64,000 bases of DNA from Candidatus Multivoradales bacterium (GCA_965223325.1 CBDCWI010000002.1:2272001-2336000); one strand, 5' to 3'. Shown: positions 1 to 10,455, numbered from the stretch's first letter. Numbers and translations are program-made. Notes: generated by a model not told the origin, from the sequence alone.

Positions 1-1943
1 ACTGCCAGGCGATCCGAAACATCGATCTGGAAGAGGTCGACGGTGAGACCGAAGTTCCCATTCTCGTAGACGCCACCAAGGGCGTAGTTGACCGACTCTT
101 CCGGCTCGAGCGGCTGACCACCACGAAGTTGGGCGACGCGCGACGACGACGGGATGGTGCCGTTGTTGACCAGCTCCATGAGCTGGAGATCGAACTCGGT
201 CGACACGTTGAAGGCGTTCGACTGACCGGGCGTCGGAGCACGGAAGCCGGTCGAGACCGAGGCGCGCATCTGGAAGTTGTCGTTGAAGCGATAGCGCCCC
301 GACACCTTGCCGTTGGTGGTCGTACCGAAGTCTTCGAAGTCCTCGAACCGGAGCGCGAAGCCGAGCGTCCAGAGGCCGTCTTCGGTGCTGTTGTACTCGA
401 GATCGCCGTAGAGCGCCCAGTTGGCGCGCGCCCAGCTACCGGCTGCGATCGGACCGAAGCCCGGGAAACCGTTCGAGGCGGCGCTGAAGCCCTGATCAGC
501 CAGCGGACCGATCTGGTACGACTCGAGCTGGCCGATGCCGATGGTGAACTCTTCCTCGCGCCACTCGAGGCCGCCAGCAAGGTTCGTGCGATCGTTGAGC
601 GGGTAGGTGACGTCGAAGTTGGCGCTCACTTCTTCCTGCTCGTAGAGACCCGGGTCGAACGTCGTCGGGGTGTTGGGGCCGAGCGAGGCGTTGACCGTGT
701 TGTTGATGAAGAAATCCACCTCACTGTTGCCGTAAGTCACGCTCGCGTCCCAACCCATGCCGAAGCTGGTCGAACCACGCACACCGGCTACCACCGACTT
801 ATCGACACTGTCGCCGCCGAAGTTCGGAGTAAAGCCACCGGGAAAGATCTCCTGGAAGGAGAAGCAGTTCGGGTCATTGAATACCTGCGCGAGGGCGCTC
901 GGATCCGGAACGTTGTTGGTGATGTTGACAGTCGGGCAACCGCCGCCCGTCAGATCACCGATCAACAGGGTCTGGCCACCGTCATCGGAGAACACCGCGC
1001 TGCGGGTGTTCGGGTTGCGGAAGTAGAAACCGCCAGTGACCGTCTTCGAGGCGTAGTTGGTGTGCGCATAGAGCTGCTGCCCACCGCCGGTGACGTAGCC
1101 GAAGTTGCCAAAGAACTTGAAGTCGTCGTCGATCTCGGGCGAACCCCAGATCTGGGCAGGATCTCTGACAGCGGTGTTGCCAGCTGCGATCAGGCCGGCA
1201 GCATCGTTGCGCTGGACGCTACGACTGGTCGGATCGGAGCTGCCGTACTCCATGCTGAAGTTGGCGAAGCCAGTCTCCCCGAGAGGCACGCCGATGTTGG
1301 CAGCGACCGAGGTGGTGTCGCCGTCGCCTTCAGAGAAGCTGCCGGTGCGGACCTCGAACGAGCCGCCGCTCGAGGCGTCCTTGAGAAGGAAGTTCATCAC
1401 GCCGGCGATGGCGTCGGAACCGTACTGCGCCGAAGCACCGTCACGCAGGATTTCGACCTGGCGCAGCGCGATGGCTGGAATCACCGAGATGTCGGGGCCC
1501 TGCGCACCGTCCGCGACACCGTTGCCGAGCCAGTAGATGACCGCGGCACGATGGCGGCGCTTGCCATTGACCAACACGAGCGTGTGGTCGGGGGCGAGAT
1601 TTCGAAGGTTCGCGGGGCGCACGATGGTCGAAGCATCGCTGATGGGCTGGGTGTTGACGGCGTAGGAAGGAGCCAGGGTTCGCAGCAAGTTGCTGACGTC
1701 GGTATCGCCCTGGTTGAGGAAATCGTCCGAGGAGATCACGTCAACGGGCACCATCGACTCGGCGACCGAGCGGCCTTCGGTACGACTGCCGGTCACGACG
1801 ATTACGTCTTCGAACTCCTGGTCCTCGGTTGCGGGCTGGTCGCCCTCGTCGTCCTGGGCCACTGCCGCCGGGGCATTGAGCCCGAGGAGGGCCATCATCA
1901 TCGCCATGGAAAGGATCCACGGAAGAGTACTCTTGGTTCTCAA
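1..1943 (-). CDS. TonB-dependent outer-membrane receptor (3' end runs off window)
   Basis: Not in the ORF track because it has no stop in the window. Manual reading of the - strand: GGAGG RBS, then TTG start, MRTKSTLPWILSMAMMMALLGLNAPAAVAQ signal peptide, TonB box/plug EDVIVVTGSR...VPVDVIS...NLRNLAPDHTLVLVNGKRRH. Confidence 0.9.
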   Translation of the reverse strand, partial: MRTKSTLPWILSMAMMMALLGLNAPAAVAQDDEGDQPATEDQEFEDVIVVTGSRTEGRSVAESMVPVDVISSDDFLNQGDTDVSNLLRTLAPSYAVNTQPISDASTIVRPANLRNLAPDHTLVLVNGKRRHRAAVIYWLGNGVADGAQGPDISVIPAIALRQVEILRDGASAQYGSDAIAGVMNFLLKDASSGGSFEVRTGSFSEGDGDTTSVAANIGVPLGETGFANFSMEYGSSDPTSRSVQRNDAAGLIAAGNTAVRDPAQIWGSPEIDDDFKFFGNFGYVTGGGQQLYAHTNYASKTVTGGFYFRNPNTRSAVFSDDGGQTLLIGDLTGGGCPTVNITNNVPDPSALAQVFNDPNCFSFQEIFPGGFTPNFGGDSVDKSVVAGVRGSTSFGMGWDASVTYGNSEVDFFINNTVNASLGPNTPTTFDPGLYEQEEVSANFDVTYPLNDRTNLAGGLEWREEEFTIGIGQLESYQIGPLADQGFSAASNGFPGFGPIAAGSWARANWALYGDLEYNSTEDGLWTLGFALRFEDFEDFGTTTNGKVSGRYRFNDNFQMRASVSTGFRAPTPGQSNAFNVSTEFDLQLMELVNNGTIPSSSRVAQLRGGQPLEPEESVNYALGGVYENGNFGLTVDLFQIDVSDRLA

Positions 1944-1988
1944 ATCGAGACCTCCTTGTCCTCGCTCAATGTGAATAAGCCCTAAGAC

Positions 1989-2009
1989 CCAACTCGACAG
2001 TCGAGTTGG
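1989..2009. promoter_or_regulatory. Perfect 10-bp inverted repeat upstream of the TonB receptor (operator or leader hairpin)
   Basis: CCAACTCGAC-A-GTCGAGTTGG, about 45 bp upstream of the receptor start codon. Confidence 0.4.
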
Positions 2010-2114
2010 ACTTGGGCCCTTTGAAGGAAGCGAGGTTGAACAGAGAATGAACCCTTGAACGTTACCAGTGTGCGAAGGTTCAGTCCCAGTTTGGCCCCAG
2101 CCTCGCGGAACGGC

Positions 2115-2792
2115 TTAGGGCTTTCTTGCCACAACGACCGCCATCGGGACTTTCCGCCACGGGCAGTCGACGGCTAGACCGGCCGCGCAGAGGGCGCTCA
2201 TTTCCTCGTCGAGCGAGAAGTAGCGGTCTTCTTCGGCCCATTCTTCGAAGTGTTGCTGCGCACGCGGAGGGCTGATCCCGCCCTGCCCCATGTGTTCGGT
2301 CCAGCGCGCGTAGGCGAGCTTTGACAATTCAGGGTCTGTGTTCACTACGGCGTCTGCGTTGACCAGCAGACCACCCGGTGAGAGCGCTTTGGCAATGCGC
2401 TGGTAGAGACGCTTCTTAGCGTCGTACTCGCGGACATGGTGGAGCGCCAACGCCGCCATCATGCCGTCGACTCGACCGAAGTCGTCATCGAAGGAGGCGT
2501 TCCGAAACACCGCGCGCTCGCCATAGCTCGCGAGCCGCTCCCGTGCGACGTCGAGCATCTCCGAGTCGATGTCCCAGAGCTCGACCACCACACCCGGGTG
2601 GCGTTCGAGCAGCCTGCCCGCCAGCGAGCCGGTGCCCGAACCGAGATCGACGACGCGCTCTAAGCGCGGCTTCGCGAGCAGCACCGAAATCGCCTCGTCG
2701 CACATCTCGTCATAGGCGGGTATGTAGCGACGAATCGTCTCGTCGTAATCATCGATCGCCAGCCGCAAATGGCGCGAAACCGAATGACTCAT
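2115..2792 (-). CDS. Class I SAM-dependent methyltransferase
   Basis: Motif I VVDLGSGTG, acidic DIDSEML, ALALHH. Start placed at MSHSVS, downstream of the CDGSH stop. Confidence 0.85.
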   Translation of the reverse strand: MSHSVSRHLRLAIDDYDETIRRYIPAYDEMCDEAISVLLAKPRLERVVDLGSGTGSLAGRLLERHPGVVVELWDIDSEMLDVARERLASYGERAVFRNASFDDDFGRVDGMMAALALHHVREYDAKKRLYQRIAKALSPGGLLVNADAVVNTDPELSKLAYARWTEHMGQGGISPPRAQQHFEEWAEEDRYFSLDEEMSALCAAGLAVDCPWRKVPMAVVVARKP

Positions 2793-2805
2793 GGGCTGGA
2801 AGTTC

Positions 2806-3054
2806 TCAGGGCCCTTCCTCGAGACGGGCGTGCGAGCCGTCACAGAGCGGAGCCTTGTCGGTGCGCTTGCAGGTGCACAGCGCTACCCGCTTGTCTTCCT
2901 CGAGCTTCCACTTCATCGGACCGAACTCCGTTCCCGCATGGGAGCCATCACAGAATGGCTGGTTGGCCGACCGTCCGCAAGCACACCAGTAGTAGGTGCC
3001 CTCGGCAAGTTCAATCACGATCGGCTTGCTACCGCCGACTTCAGATTCCGTCAT
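2806..3054 (-). CDS. CDGSH iron-sulfur domain protein with two CDGSH motifs (CISD3/MiNT-like)
   Basis: WCACGRSANQPFCDGSH and LCTCKRTDKAPLCDGSH. Confidence 0.92.
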   Translation of the reverse strand: MTESEVGGSKPIVIELAEGTYYWCACGRSANQPFCDGSHAGTEFGPMKWKLEEDKRVALCTCKRTDKAPLCDGSHARLEEGP

Positions 3055-3084
3055 GTCATGACTCCTCGCCCGCCGCCGTCGTCA

Positions 3085-3591
3085 TCATGAGCTCGGTCCG
3101 AGGCGCTCTTCGAGCCGTCGTGCCACCGACCCGGGCACCACGTCAGCGAGCTGACCACCCAACTTGACGACTTCTTTGATCAGGGTGCTCGAGATGTCAG
3201 CCGTCTCCAGGCTCGGCAGTAGGAAGATCGTCTCGACGTTGGGATTCATCCGCCGGTTCATCATCGTCATCGGCAGCTCGTAGTCGAGGTCGGTTCCCGA
3301 GCGCAAGCCACGAACGATGGCAGCGGCACCACACTCGGCGGCGAAATCGACCAAGAGCCCTTTGAAGCGTTGCGGCCGACAGTTGTGCAGCCGACGGTCC
3401 GCCAGGATCTCGGCGATCATCTCGAGGCGTTCAGCCTCTTCGAAGACCGGCGCCTTGTGCTCGTTGATGAGCACCGCGACGATCAGCTCGTCGAACAGCG
3501 GCGCCGCACGCTCGATGAGATCGACGTGGCCGTTGTGAATCGGATCGAACGACCCAGGGAAAATCGCGGTTCTGCCTCCGCTCGTCTGCAT
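3085..3591 (-). CDS. coaD: Pantetheine-phosphate adenylyltransferase
   Basis: FPGSFDPIHNGH (HxGH), IVRGLR, ISSTLIKEV. Confidence 0.96.
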   Translation of the reverse strand: MQTSGGRTAIFPGSFDPIHNGHVDLIERAAPLFDELIVAVLINEHKAPVFEEAERLEMIAEILADRRLHNCRPQRFKGLLVDFAAECGAAAIVRGLRSGTDLDYELPMTMMNRRMNPNVETIFLLPSLETADISSTLIKEVVKLGGQLADVVPGSVARRLEERLGPSS

Positions 3592-3658
3592 GGCTGCAGC
3601 TTACCCGACGACCGGCACTTCAAGCCTGCCGAGGGCCGACACACCCGGCCGCCTACCC

Positions 3659-5890
3659 TCAGTGCGAAGTGAGGTCGAGAGTCACGACGTTGAGTGCCGC
3701 GTCGGTTACCCGCAGAAGAACGAGGGCCCCAGGCGGGGCGTCGATCGAGAAGCTCTCACGACGACCGTCGAGCAGTCCGTCCGCTGCGGGCACCTCTGTC
3801 CAGACCTCGGCATCGACCGAAACTTCGACCCGTCGCAGGGGGCTCAACCGATCCACGACGGTCGCCTCGATTCCGTCGCCGCGACGGGTCGCCTCCTCGA
3901 GTTCAGGCGGTGAGTTGTCGACCGTCACAAGAGCGCTGGTCCGTTCGCCCTCGAGCGCCTCATCTTCGGGGTTGCCACGCCGGTCACTGGCGGTGACCTG
4001 GAAGCGATAGAGCCCATCGGGCAGGGCTGTTGAATCGAACGACCAGTACGACGTCTCGAGATCTTCCGCTATCTCGAGCCATTCTGACTCGCCGCTGGCT
4101 TCGCCTTCGGGCCGGAACGCCAGTGCGAAGCGCAGCTCATCGGAGTTAGGGTCTTCGGCTTTCCAGCGCAGGGTCCGGAAGCCCTTCTTCCAAAGCGTCT
4201 TGGTGCGCTTGGCCGGTTCTTTCTTGCCCGGGTCGATGGTGGTGAAAATGCCGTCTTTGTTCGGCGTGGCGGGCTCGAAGACCTGGCTCGTGGGGTTGAA
4301 GCCCTGTGGCACCAGAATCTCACCCGGGTCGAGCACCTCGACGGACGACACCAGCGGCGCCTGGTTGGCCTGCAGATACGAGATCTCGACACTGTCGATC
4401 CGCGGGCTTACACCCCGCGCTCCGCGTAGCGCCGCTCGCCACTGCAGGTAGCGGCCACGCGGGACGTCTCCCAAGGAGACCTCACGCTCGCGGTCAGAGC
4501 GAGCGGCGACACCTTGCCACTCAGACCACGTCGCATCTGGTTTGGCGCTCATGCCGGAGCGAACCTGCCACTCGAGAGTCGCGCCCGCGGGTACCCTCCC
4601 ACGCCAATGCAGGGTGCCGAATCGCGACGGTTGCTCGGCGTCGAGCGCCTGGCTGGTGTAGCGCCCCTCGCGCTCGCTGGCCTCGGAAAAGCGATAGACC
4701 GCCGCGCCGTTGGTCGTCGCCACGATCGGGCCGGGGCCGTCCGCGGCGCTTCTCGGCGCCAGGAGGGCGATCACCTGTCGCTCCTCGAAGTCTCTCTCGA
4801 GCAGGCGCTGGCCCGCCTGCCAGGAGTACAGCTTGCCCTCGAGGCCGGTGCCGATCCACAAACGACCGCGCTCATAGAGCAACGAATGGACGGTTTCGTC
4901 CTTCCAGCTCGTTACGTTGCGAGCGACCAACCCCGGCGCGATGCGAAGCACCAGACTGCGGGCGCCCTCGAAGCTCGCCGGACGACTGCCGGCCGAAACG
5001 GCTCCTTCGGTCACCGATACCTTGCCGTCCTCGCCCTTCTCCTCGGATTCGTCTTTGCCGTTACTCTTGGCAGCCCCGCTACCGAGCGTCAGGAAGCTGG
5101 CTTCGGAAGCCAGGGCGGCAACGTAGATGTCGCCATCCGGCGCGAAGGCGAACGCGGTCACCTCGGGCTGCGCCGCGTCGTAGAGCGTGCTCAGTTTGCC
5201 GGCACGGTCGAGAAGCAAAACCAGGCCGTTGCCCGCCGTTCCGATCAGGATCTCCCCGCGCGGAGCGACCGCAAGGGTTCTAATGTGCGGATCAGTGTGA
5301 TCGAGCACGACCTCGCCGGTTCCGTCTTCGGCGACCCGCAGTAGCCGGCCTTCTGTCCCGGTCGCCACCAACAAGTGACCGTGCGCGTCACGTTCGAGGT
5401 CCCAGATGTAGCGCTCTCCAGGGTCGAAGATCGCCTCTGGATCGGTAGCGCCCGGCGCGAGGCGATACACCTTGCCGTTAGGGGACGAACCGGCGAGAAC
5501 CGAACCATCGTCATCGACATGAACGGCAAACACTTCGGGTTCCGGTAGCGAGAACAGCACCTGGGCGGTGCCGTCACGACGGGCCAGGACCACCCGCCCA
5601 CTGTTACCGGTGCCCAGCACCGCGCCCTCGGGGTGACTGGCAGCCGCAAACACGAAGGGCTCCTCGACGGGCGCAACCTTCTCGACGCGATCGGCAAGGC
5701 GCAAGGTTCCGAGTCGATCGACACCGACCCCTTCGAACTTGCCTTCGAGGAAGGCCTCTTGCGTCTGCATCTCGAAAATTCGCACCGTGCCTGCCCCCAG
5801 GGTACTGGCAACGGTCGAGAGAAACACCGCAATTGCTATGGACAAGACGTTGAGCCGCCAAAGCGTGCGCTGTGACATCGCGCCTCTCAT
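3659..5890 (-). CDS. Secreted beta-propeller protein with C-terminal FN3/Ig-like domain
   Basis: Signal peptide and repeated G-x-V-Y-R / IWDL / LLVATG blades; C-terminal W.A.D.N.D.L ... LPDGLYRFQVTASD. Overlaps the S55 gene stop. Confidence 0.75.
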   Translation of the reverse strand: MRGAMSQRTLWRLNVLSIAIAVFLSTVASTLGAGTVRIFEMQTQEAFLEGKFEGVGVDRLGTLRLADRVEKVAPVEEPFVFAAASHPEGAVLGTGNSGRVVLARRDGTAQVLFSLPEPEVFAVHVDDDGSVLAGSSPNGKVYRLAPGATDPEAIFDPGERYIWDLERDAHGHLLVATGTEGRLLRVAEDGTGEVVLDHTDPHIRTLAVAPRGEILIGTAGNGLVLLLDRAGKLSTLYDAAQPEVTAFAFAPDGDIYVAALASEASFLTLGSGAAKSNGKDESEEKGEDGKVSVTEGAVSAGSRPASFEGARSLVLRIAPGLVARNVTSWKDETVHSLLYERGRLWIGTGLEGKLYSWQAGQRLLERDFEERQVIALLAPRSAADGPGPIVATTNGAAVYRFSEASEREGRYTSQALDAEQPSRFGTLHWRGRVPAGATLEWQVRSGMSAKPDATWSEWQGVAARSDREREVSLGDVPRGRYLQWRAALRGARGVSPRIDSVEISYLQANQAPLVSSVEVLDPGEILVPQGFNPTSQVFEPATPNKDGIFTTIDPGKKEPAKRTKTLWKKGFRTLRWKAEDPNSDELRFALAFRPEGEASGESEWLEIAEDLETSYWSFDSTALPDGLYRFQVTASDRRGNPEDEALEGERTSALVTVDNSPPELEEATRRGDGIEATVVDRLSPLRRVEVSVDAEVWTEVPAADGLLDGRRESFSIDAPPGALVLLRVTDAALNVVTLDLTSH

Positions 5891-7830
5891 TGCCCGTCAC
5901 CTTTGACTTTCAGGTCAAGCCGCACCAGGCCATCGAAAGGCCGATCGAGCGCAAACACCTCGCGCTGCGTAATCGCGAGGGGCAACCGTCGCGCACCAAA
6001 GGTCGACGACGCCTGAAAGATCGACGCCACCGAGCCCGGAAGCTCGGGAAGCGACTCGGCCCCGGCAAGCACGCCGCTTGCTCGGGCTGCTCCGAGAACC
6101 ACAATACGGTCGCGCGCTTCGAAGGAGCTCACGAAGTCGAGGGCGCCTTCGAGACCGAGTTGACCGGGCGGCTCGATTTGAATACGAGTCGAGCCGACCG
6201 ACTGGCCGTCGCCAACGAACAGATAGTAGAGACCTGGGACGGCGTCGTCGGGAATGATGACCTCTACGCGCTCCTGAAAGCGCTGGCCCTGGAAGGCTTC
6301 GAGATCGAGCACGATGCCGACGCGATCGCCGGGCGTGACATCGGAACGCTCGGCGTGAGCACCCAGGAGGCTGGCCGAGCGCTGACCCGCCTGTTGATGA
6401 AAGTCGAACTCAATCGCCTCGACGACGATCGTCTCCCACGGGTTGTTGACTAGAAAACCGGTCATTTGCAGCAGGTAGACGGCACTCTCAATCGACGCTC
6501 CGAGCCCATCCCAGACACCACGCAGCTCGAGGTCACGGTGACCTGCGAGCTGGAAGCGTGCCTGTGCGGTGACGGTTTGCGCACCCGAGATGTAGCTCGA
6601 CACATTCATCGCCTCGATCGCCGACATCGCGACCAGACTGGGCGCGACCTGTGGCAAGTCAGCCAGAGTCATCGAGTAGTCGCGTTCCGCCAGGCCGTGC
6701 ACCGAAATGCCAAGCGGCACCGTGCGGGCCTCGGCACCGATGCGCCCGCGCAGGCCCGGCTCACGGTCCTGTTCGAACGCGCCGACAACCGGGCCGGTAT
6801 TCGAAATCTTGAAGGAGTTGACCTGGCTCGAAAGAACCGTCACCACTTCGGCCGATGCCATCGGAATGCTGACGGGCCCCAGGCCGAGGTAGGGATGGCC
6901 GAAGCCCAGGACCTCATCGCCAGTCCGGTCGGTGACCGTTCCGGTCACCGAAACCTGAAGGTCACCACCAACCAGCACCCCGGCAACCGCCGACCCGGGG
7001 ACGAGGTCACTGACCAATGATGGGTTGCTTCCCGACTGGACGACGGGCACCGCGGCACTGAACAACCCATGCGAGACATCAGAAAACCCGCCGATCCCGA
7101 GCACCAGACCGCTCGATGCCCGCGCCCGACCACCAGCACCGTCGAGGGCTTGCGCGGGCATCAGGGAGGCCAGGGATGCGCCGAGAATCTCACGTGCACG
7201 CGCGAGACCGGGGCGCTCGACCAGCGCGCTCAGATCAAAGTCAGAGTTGGCGGCCGGCACTGGGTTGCTGTCACTCGGCAGAACCGAAGCCCACGACTGA
7301 GCAGCGGAGTCGCTAGTGGTTGAAAGCTCACGCATGAATTCAATCGGCGTGATGCCGGCGACCGCATCATTGCTGAAACCCCAGCCGAATGCGACGGCGC
7401 CGGCGAGACGACCGTCGATGTAGACGGGACTCCCGCTCATTCCAGCGATCACTCCGTCGCGCTCGAGACCCTGACCGGTCAGCTTGCCGAGAATGAAACT
7501 GGTGCCCGGAGCTAGATCACGCATCACGCCGAGGACCTCGACTTCAAAGCGCTCCGCTTCGGCGCCCCGGAAGACCGAGAGCCCGTAGCCACGCTGACCA
7601 GCCTCGACCTCGGCAACCGGGATGGCTGGCATGCGCTCGGCAGCCGGGGCTCTGACCACCTCCACCTGGGCCGCGAGCATCGGCGGGACCAGGCCTAGAG
7701 ATGCAACGAACACGACGCGCATCGCGGTCGTTCTGGCTACGCTGTTGACGGATCGATTCATGCGGAGAGTGGCCACCTGAGAGATGTAGAGGGACACCGA
7801 GGCCGAGGACGTCGCCGATCGGCCGATCAC
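5887..7830 (-). CDS. SpoIVB peptidase S55 domain protein (true start probably 70-110 bp downstream)
   Basis: GQRGYGLSVFRG...FEVEVLGV, catalytic-Ser motif GVIAGMSGSPVYIDGRLAGAV, later GTVT...LGFGHP. Confidence 0.88.
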   Translation of the reverse strand: MIGRSATSSASVSLYISQVATLRMNRSVNSVARTTAMRVVFVASLGLVPPMLAAQVEVVRAPAAERMPAIPVAEVEAGQRGYGLSVFRGAEAERFEVEVLGVMRDLAPGTSFILGKLTGQGLERDGVIAGMSGSPVYIDGRLAGAVAFGWGFSNDAVAGITPIEFMRELSTTSDSAAQSWASVLPSDSNPVPAANSDFDLSALVERPGLARAREILGASLASLMPAQALDGAGGRARASSGLVLGIGGFSDVSHGLFSAAVPVVQSGSNPSLVSDLVPGSAVAGVLVGGDLQVSVTGTVTDRTGDEVLGFGHPYLGLGPVSIPMASAEVVTVLSSQVNSFKISNTGPVVGAFEQDREPGLRGRIGAEARTVPLGISVHGLAERDYSMTLADLPQVAPSLVAMSAIEAMNVSSYISGAQTVTAQARFQLAGHRDLELRGVWDGLGASIESAVYLLQMTGFLVNNPWETIVVEAIEFDFHQQAGQRSASLLGAHAERSDVTPGDRVGIVLDLEAFQGQRFQERVEVIIPDDAVPGLYYLFVGDGQSVGSTRIQIEPPGQLGLEGALDFVSSFEARDRIVVLGAARASGVLAGAESLPELPGSVASIFQASSTFGARRLPLAITQREVFALDRPFDGLVRLDLKVKGDGQ

Positions 7831-7873
7831 GCGTTGCTACGTACCAGACAGGAACGCGGATCATCCCAAGTGA

Positions 7874-8527
7874 CTAGCATTCGGGCTCGCTGGGACGATT
7901 GACCGCAGCCAGTTCGACGCGACCCCGGCGTAAGACGACTGGCCGCCCGGCTCGCGAAACTACCACGGTCGAGGGCAAACCACCCGCCAGCACACCCCCG
8001 TCGACGACCAGAATCCGCGGCCTGTTCTCGATGCCTCTGAACCAATCGAGCAGCTGCTGGGGCTCGAGCATCGCGGGCTGTCCCGCAGGATTGGCGCTCG
8101 TGGCCGTGAGCGGGCAATCGATCCCTGAAATCAAGCGACAGAGCCCTGAGTGATCGGGAACCCGAAGGGCGAGGCTCCCGGTTCCCGCCGCGGCGGGAAC
8201 AGCGGGAGCATCACAAGCCAGCGGCAGGACCACCGAAAGAGCCGCCGGCCACTGTTCTTTGGCCCACAGAAAGAGCGGCGTCGTGAGGTCGACTCCGAGG
8301 ATGCCGGCCTGTTCCGGCTCCGCCAGGACCACCGGCAGCGGCTTTCCACGCTCGCGCGCTTTGAGCTGATAGATCGCGTCAACCCCCCTGCCACTTCGCG
8401 GGTCGACAGCCAGGCCGTAGCTCGACTCGGTCGGAATGGCGAGCACACCACCACCATCCAGCACGTCCCGGGCGTGGTCTCCGAGACCTGGGGCGCCGAG
8501 CGCAACTCGATCGAGTGCAGCCACCAC
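7874..8527 (-). CDS. tsaC: L-threonylcarbamoyladenylate synthase (YrdC/Sua5 family)
   Basis: IPTESSYGL, IYQLKARERGKPL, ALRVP, TATSANPAG, PSTVV. Confidence 0.88.
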   Translation of the reverse strand: MVAALDRVALGAPGLGDHARDVLDGGGVLAIPTESSYGLAVDPRSGRGVDAIYQLKARERGKPLPVVLAEPEQAGILGVDLTTPLFLWAKEQWPAALSVVLPLACDAPAVPAAAGTGSLALRVPDHSGLCRLISGIDCPLTATSANPAGQPAMLEPQQLLDWFRGIENRPRILVVDGGVLAGGLPSTVVVSRAGRPVVLRRGRVELAAVNRPSEPEC

Positions 8528-8532
8528 GATGG

Positions 8533-10311
8533 TCAGGAGGCCTCGGCGACTGCCGCGCCCTCGATCAGCTCCTCGGCATGCTCGAGCGACACCTCTGTGA
8601 TCTCTTCACCCGCCAGCATGCGTGCCACTTCCTCAACGCGTGCTCTAGAACGCAACTCAACGACGGCAGTCATCGTGCGACCCTTGCCCTCGCCACCGCC
8701 GTTCACCTCCTTCTTGACCTGAAAGTGTGAGTCGCCGAAGCTCGCGACCTGCGGCAGGTGGGTGACGGCGAGAATCTGCCCGCCGACGGCCAGGCGCTTG
8801 AGCTTGCGACCGACGGCCGCCGCCTCCTGGCCGCCAATGCCGGAATCGACTTCGTCGAAGACCAGCGTTGCCGCACTGCTGGTCGAAGACATCTGGCTCT
8901 TGGTTTTCGCCTCCCCGTGAACTTTCCGGTGCACAGCCACCTGGAGCGCCAGGTAGACGCGCGCCAGTTCGCCGCCCGAAGCAACCCGGGCGAGCGCCCG
9001 CAGCTCCTCGCCGGGGTTGGGAGCAAATCGAAAGACCACCTGGTCGAACCCTGAAGGCCCGAAGTCGACTCCCGCACCGGCAACACGAAGAGCGCTCCCC
9101 GAACGCGCCCGAGTGGCCAGTTCGATGTCGAAGACCGCGTGCTCGAGTGCCAGATCAGCGAGCTCAGACTGAACGTCGGCAGCCAGTGCCTTCGCCCACC
9201 GAGCGCGCGCCTTCGAAAGATCAGACGCCGCCTTCTGGTAGGCATCGAGTGCCTTCTGCGCCTCGCGCTCGAGCTGCTCGTGCTGGTCGGCGTCACCTTC
9301 GAGATCGCCGAGCTCGGTGGTGATGGTTTCGAGATGGGCCAGCACTTCCGCACTCGAGGCACCGTACTTGCGAAACAGACGCTCGAGCGTCGCCAGGCGA
9401 TCCTCGAGGGCATCCAGGCTTGACGCATTGGCTTCGACCCGATCGAGACGGGCACGCAAAGTGCTGCCGAGCTCGCCCGTACGAATCGCGAGCTCCTCGA
9501 GTTCGGCCAGCCAACTCTCTGCTTCGCTTTCCCAATTCGACAGTTCGCGAAGCGCCGCACGCGCCCGCCCCAGCTGCGCCTCGGCAGAGTCGTCGTCATC
9601 GACGAGCGAAGTCACCCCGGTCCCGAGAGCCTGAGAAATGCTCTCGGCGTTGCGCAACAGATCGCGCTCACGACGATGTTCGTCCTCTTCGCCGGCAACG
9701 ACATGCGCGGCTTCGATCTCACTCTGCTGAAAGCGCAGGAGGTCGGTGCGCTCGTGGCGCAGGCGATCGTCGCCGCGCAGGCGTTCGAGACGCCCCGCGA
9801 CGTCTGCCCAGGCTAGATAGAGCGACTTCAGAAGGCCAGTGAGCTCGCGACCACGTGCGCCACCGTAGCTGTCGAGCCACGAACGTTGAAGATCGGGCGC
9901 CACCAACCCAAGCTCGTCGCGTTGACCGTGAATGCGAATCAGGAGTGGCGCCACCCCGGCCAATAGCCGCAGCGTAGCCGGCTGGTCGTTCAGAAAGACG
10001 CGGTTGCGACCACTAGTGGCGATCTCACGCCGGATCACCAGCTCACTGCCGGCGGAATCGATCCCGGCTGCCTCGAGCGGTTCACGCCAGCTCTCTCCTG
10101 GCGGCTCGAAAACCCCGGTGACCGTGCACGAGTCTGCCTCCGAGCGCACCAGGTCGGTCGAGGCTCGCGCGCCGGCCAGAAGAGCCAGCGAATCGACCAC
10201 CAGCGACTTGCCCGCGCCGGTCTCGCCGGTCATCACATTGAGCCCCGGGCCCAGCTCGACGGCGGCTTCGGCGATCACGGCCAGGTTACGTACATGGAGG
10301 TGTCTGAGCAC
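8533..10311 (-). CDS. recN: DNA repair protein RecN
   Basis: TGETGAGKS Walker A, IHGQ, ASGGELAR signature, FDEVDSGIGG, VTHLPQVA. Confidence 0.96.
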   Translation of the reverse strand: MLRHLHVRNLAVIAEAAVELGPGLNVMTGETGAGKSLVVDSLALLAGARASTDLVRSEADSCTVTGVFEPPGESWREPLEAAGIDSAGSELVIRREIATSGRNRVFLNDQPATLRLLAGVAPLLIRIHGQRDELGLVAPDLQRSWLDSYGGARGRELTGLLKSLYLAWADVAGRLERLRGDDRLRHERTDLLRFQQSEIEAAHVVAGEEDEHRRERDLLRNAESISQALGTGVTSLVDDDDSAEAQLGRARAALRELSNWESEAESWLAELEELAIRTGELGSTLRARLDRVEANASSLDALEDRLATLERLFRKYGASSAEVLAHLETITTELGDLEGDADQHEQLEREAQKALDAYQKAASDLSKARARWAKALAADVQSELADLALEHAVFDIELATRARSGSALRVAGAGVDFGPSGFDQVVFRFAPNPGEELRALARVASGGELARVYLALQVAVHRKVHGEAKTKSQMSSTSSAATLVFDEVDSGIGGQEAAAVGRKLKRLAVGGQILAVTHLPQVASFGDSHFQVKKEVNGGGEGKGRTMTAVVELRSRARVEEVARMLAGEEITEVSLEHAEELIEGAAVAEAS

Positions 10312-10455
10312 TGGATCTCGGGCCCTTGGAGGTTCGCGAACTTTTGTAGCTGGTCTCGAAACAGGTCTTCAAAGAGGGTCTCGGGCCGTTGTGCCCGTGG
10401 CCTCTCTACCAATAGAGGACGCAGTGGCGAAACAGAAGCTTACTGGCGCCTCGGT

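Noticed and set aside
129-1985. 618-aa plus-strand ORF
   Set aside because: Antisense shadow of the TonB-dependent receptor, which has an RBS, signal peptide and plug motifs on the minus strand.
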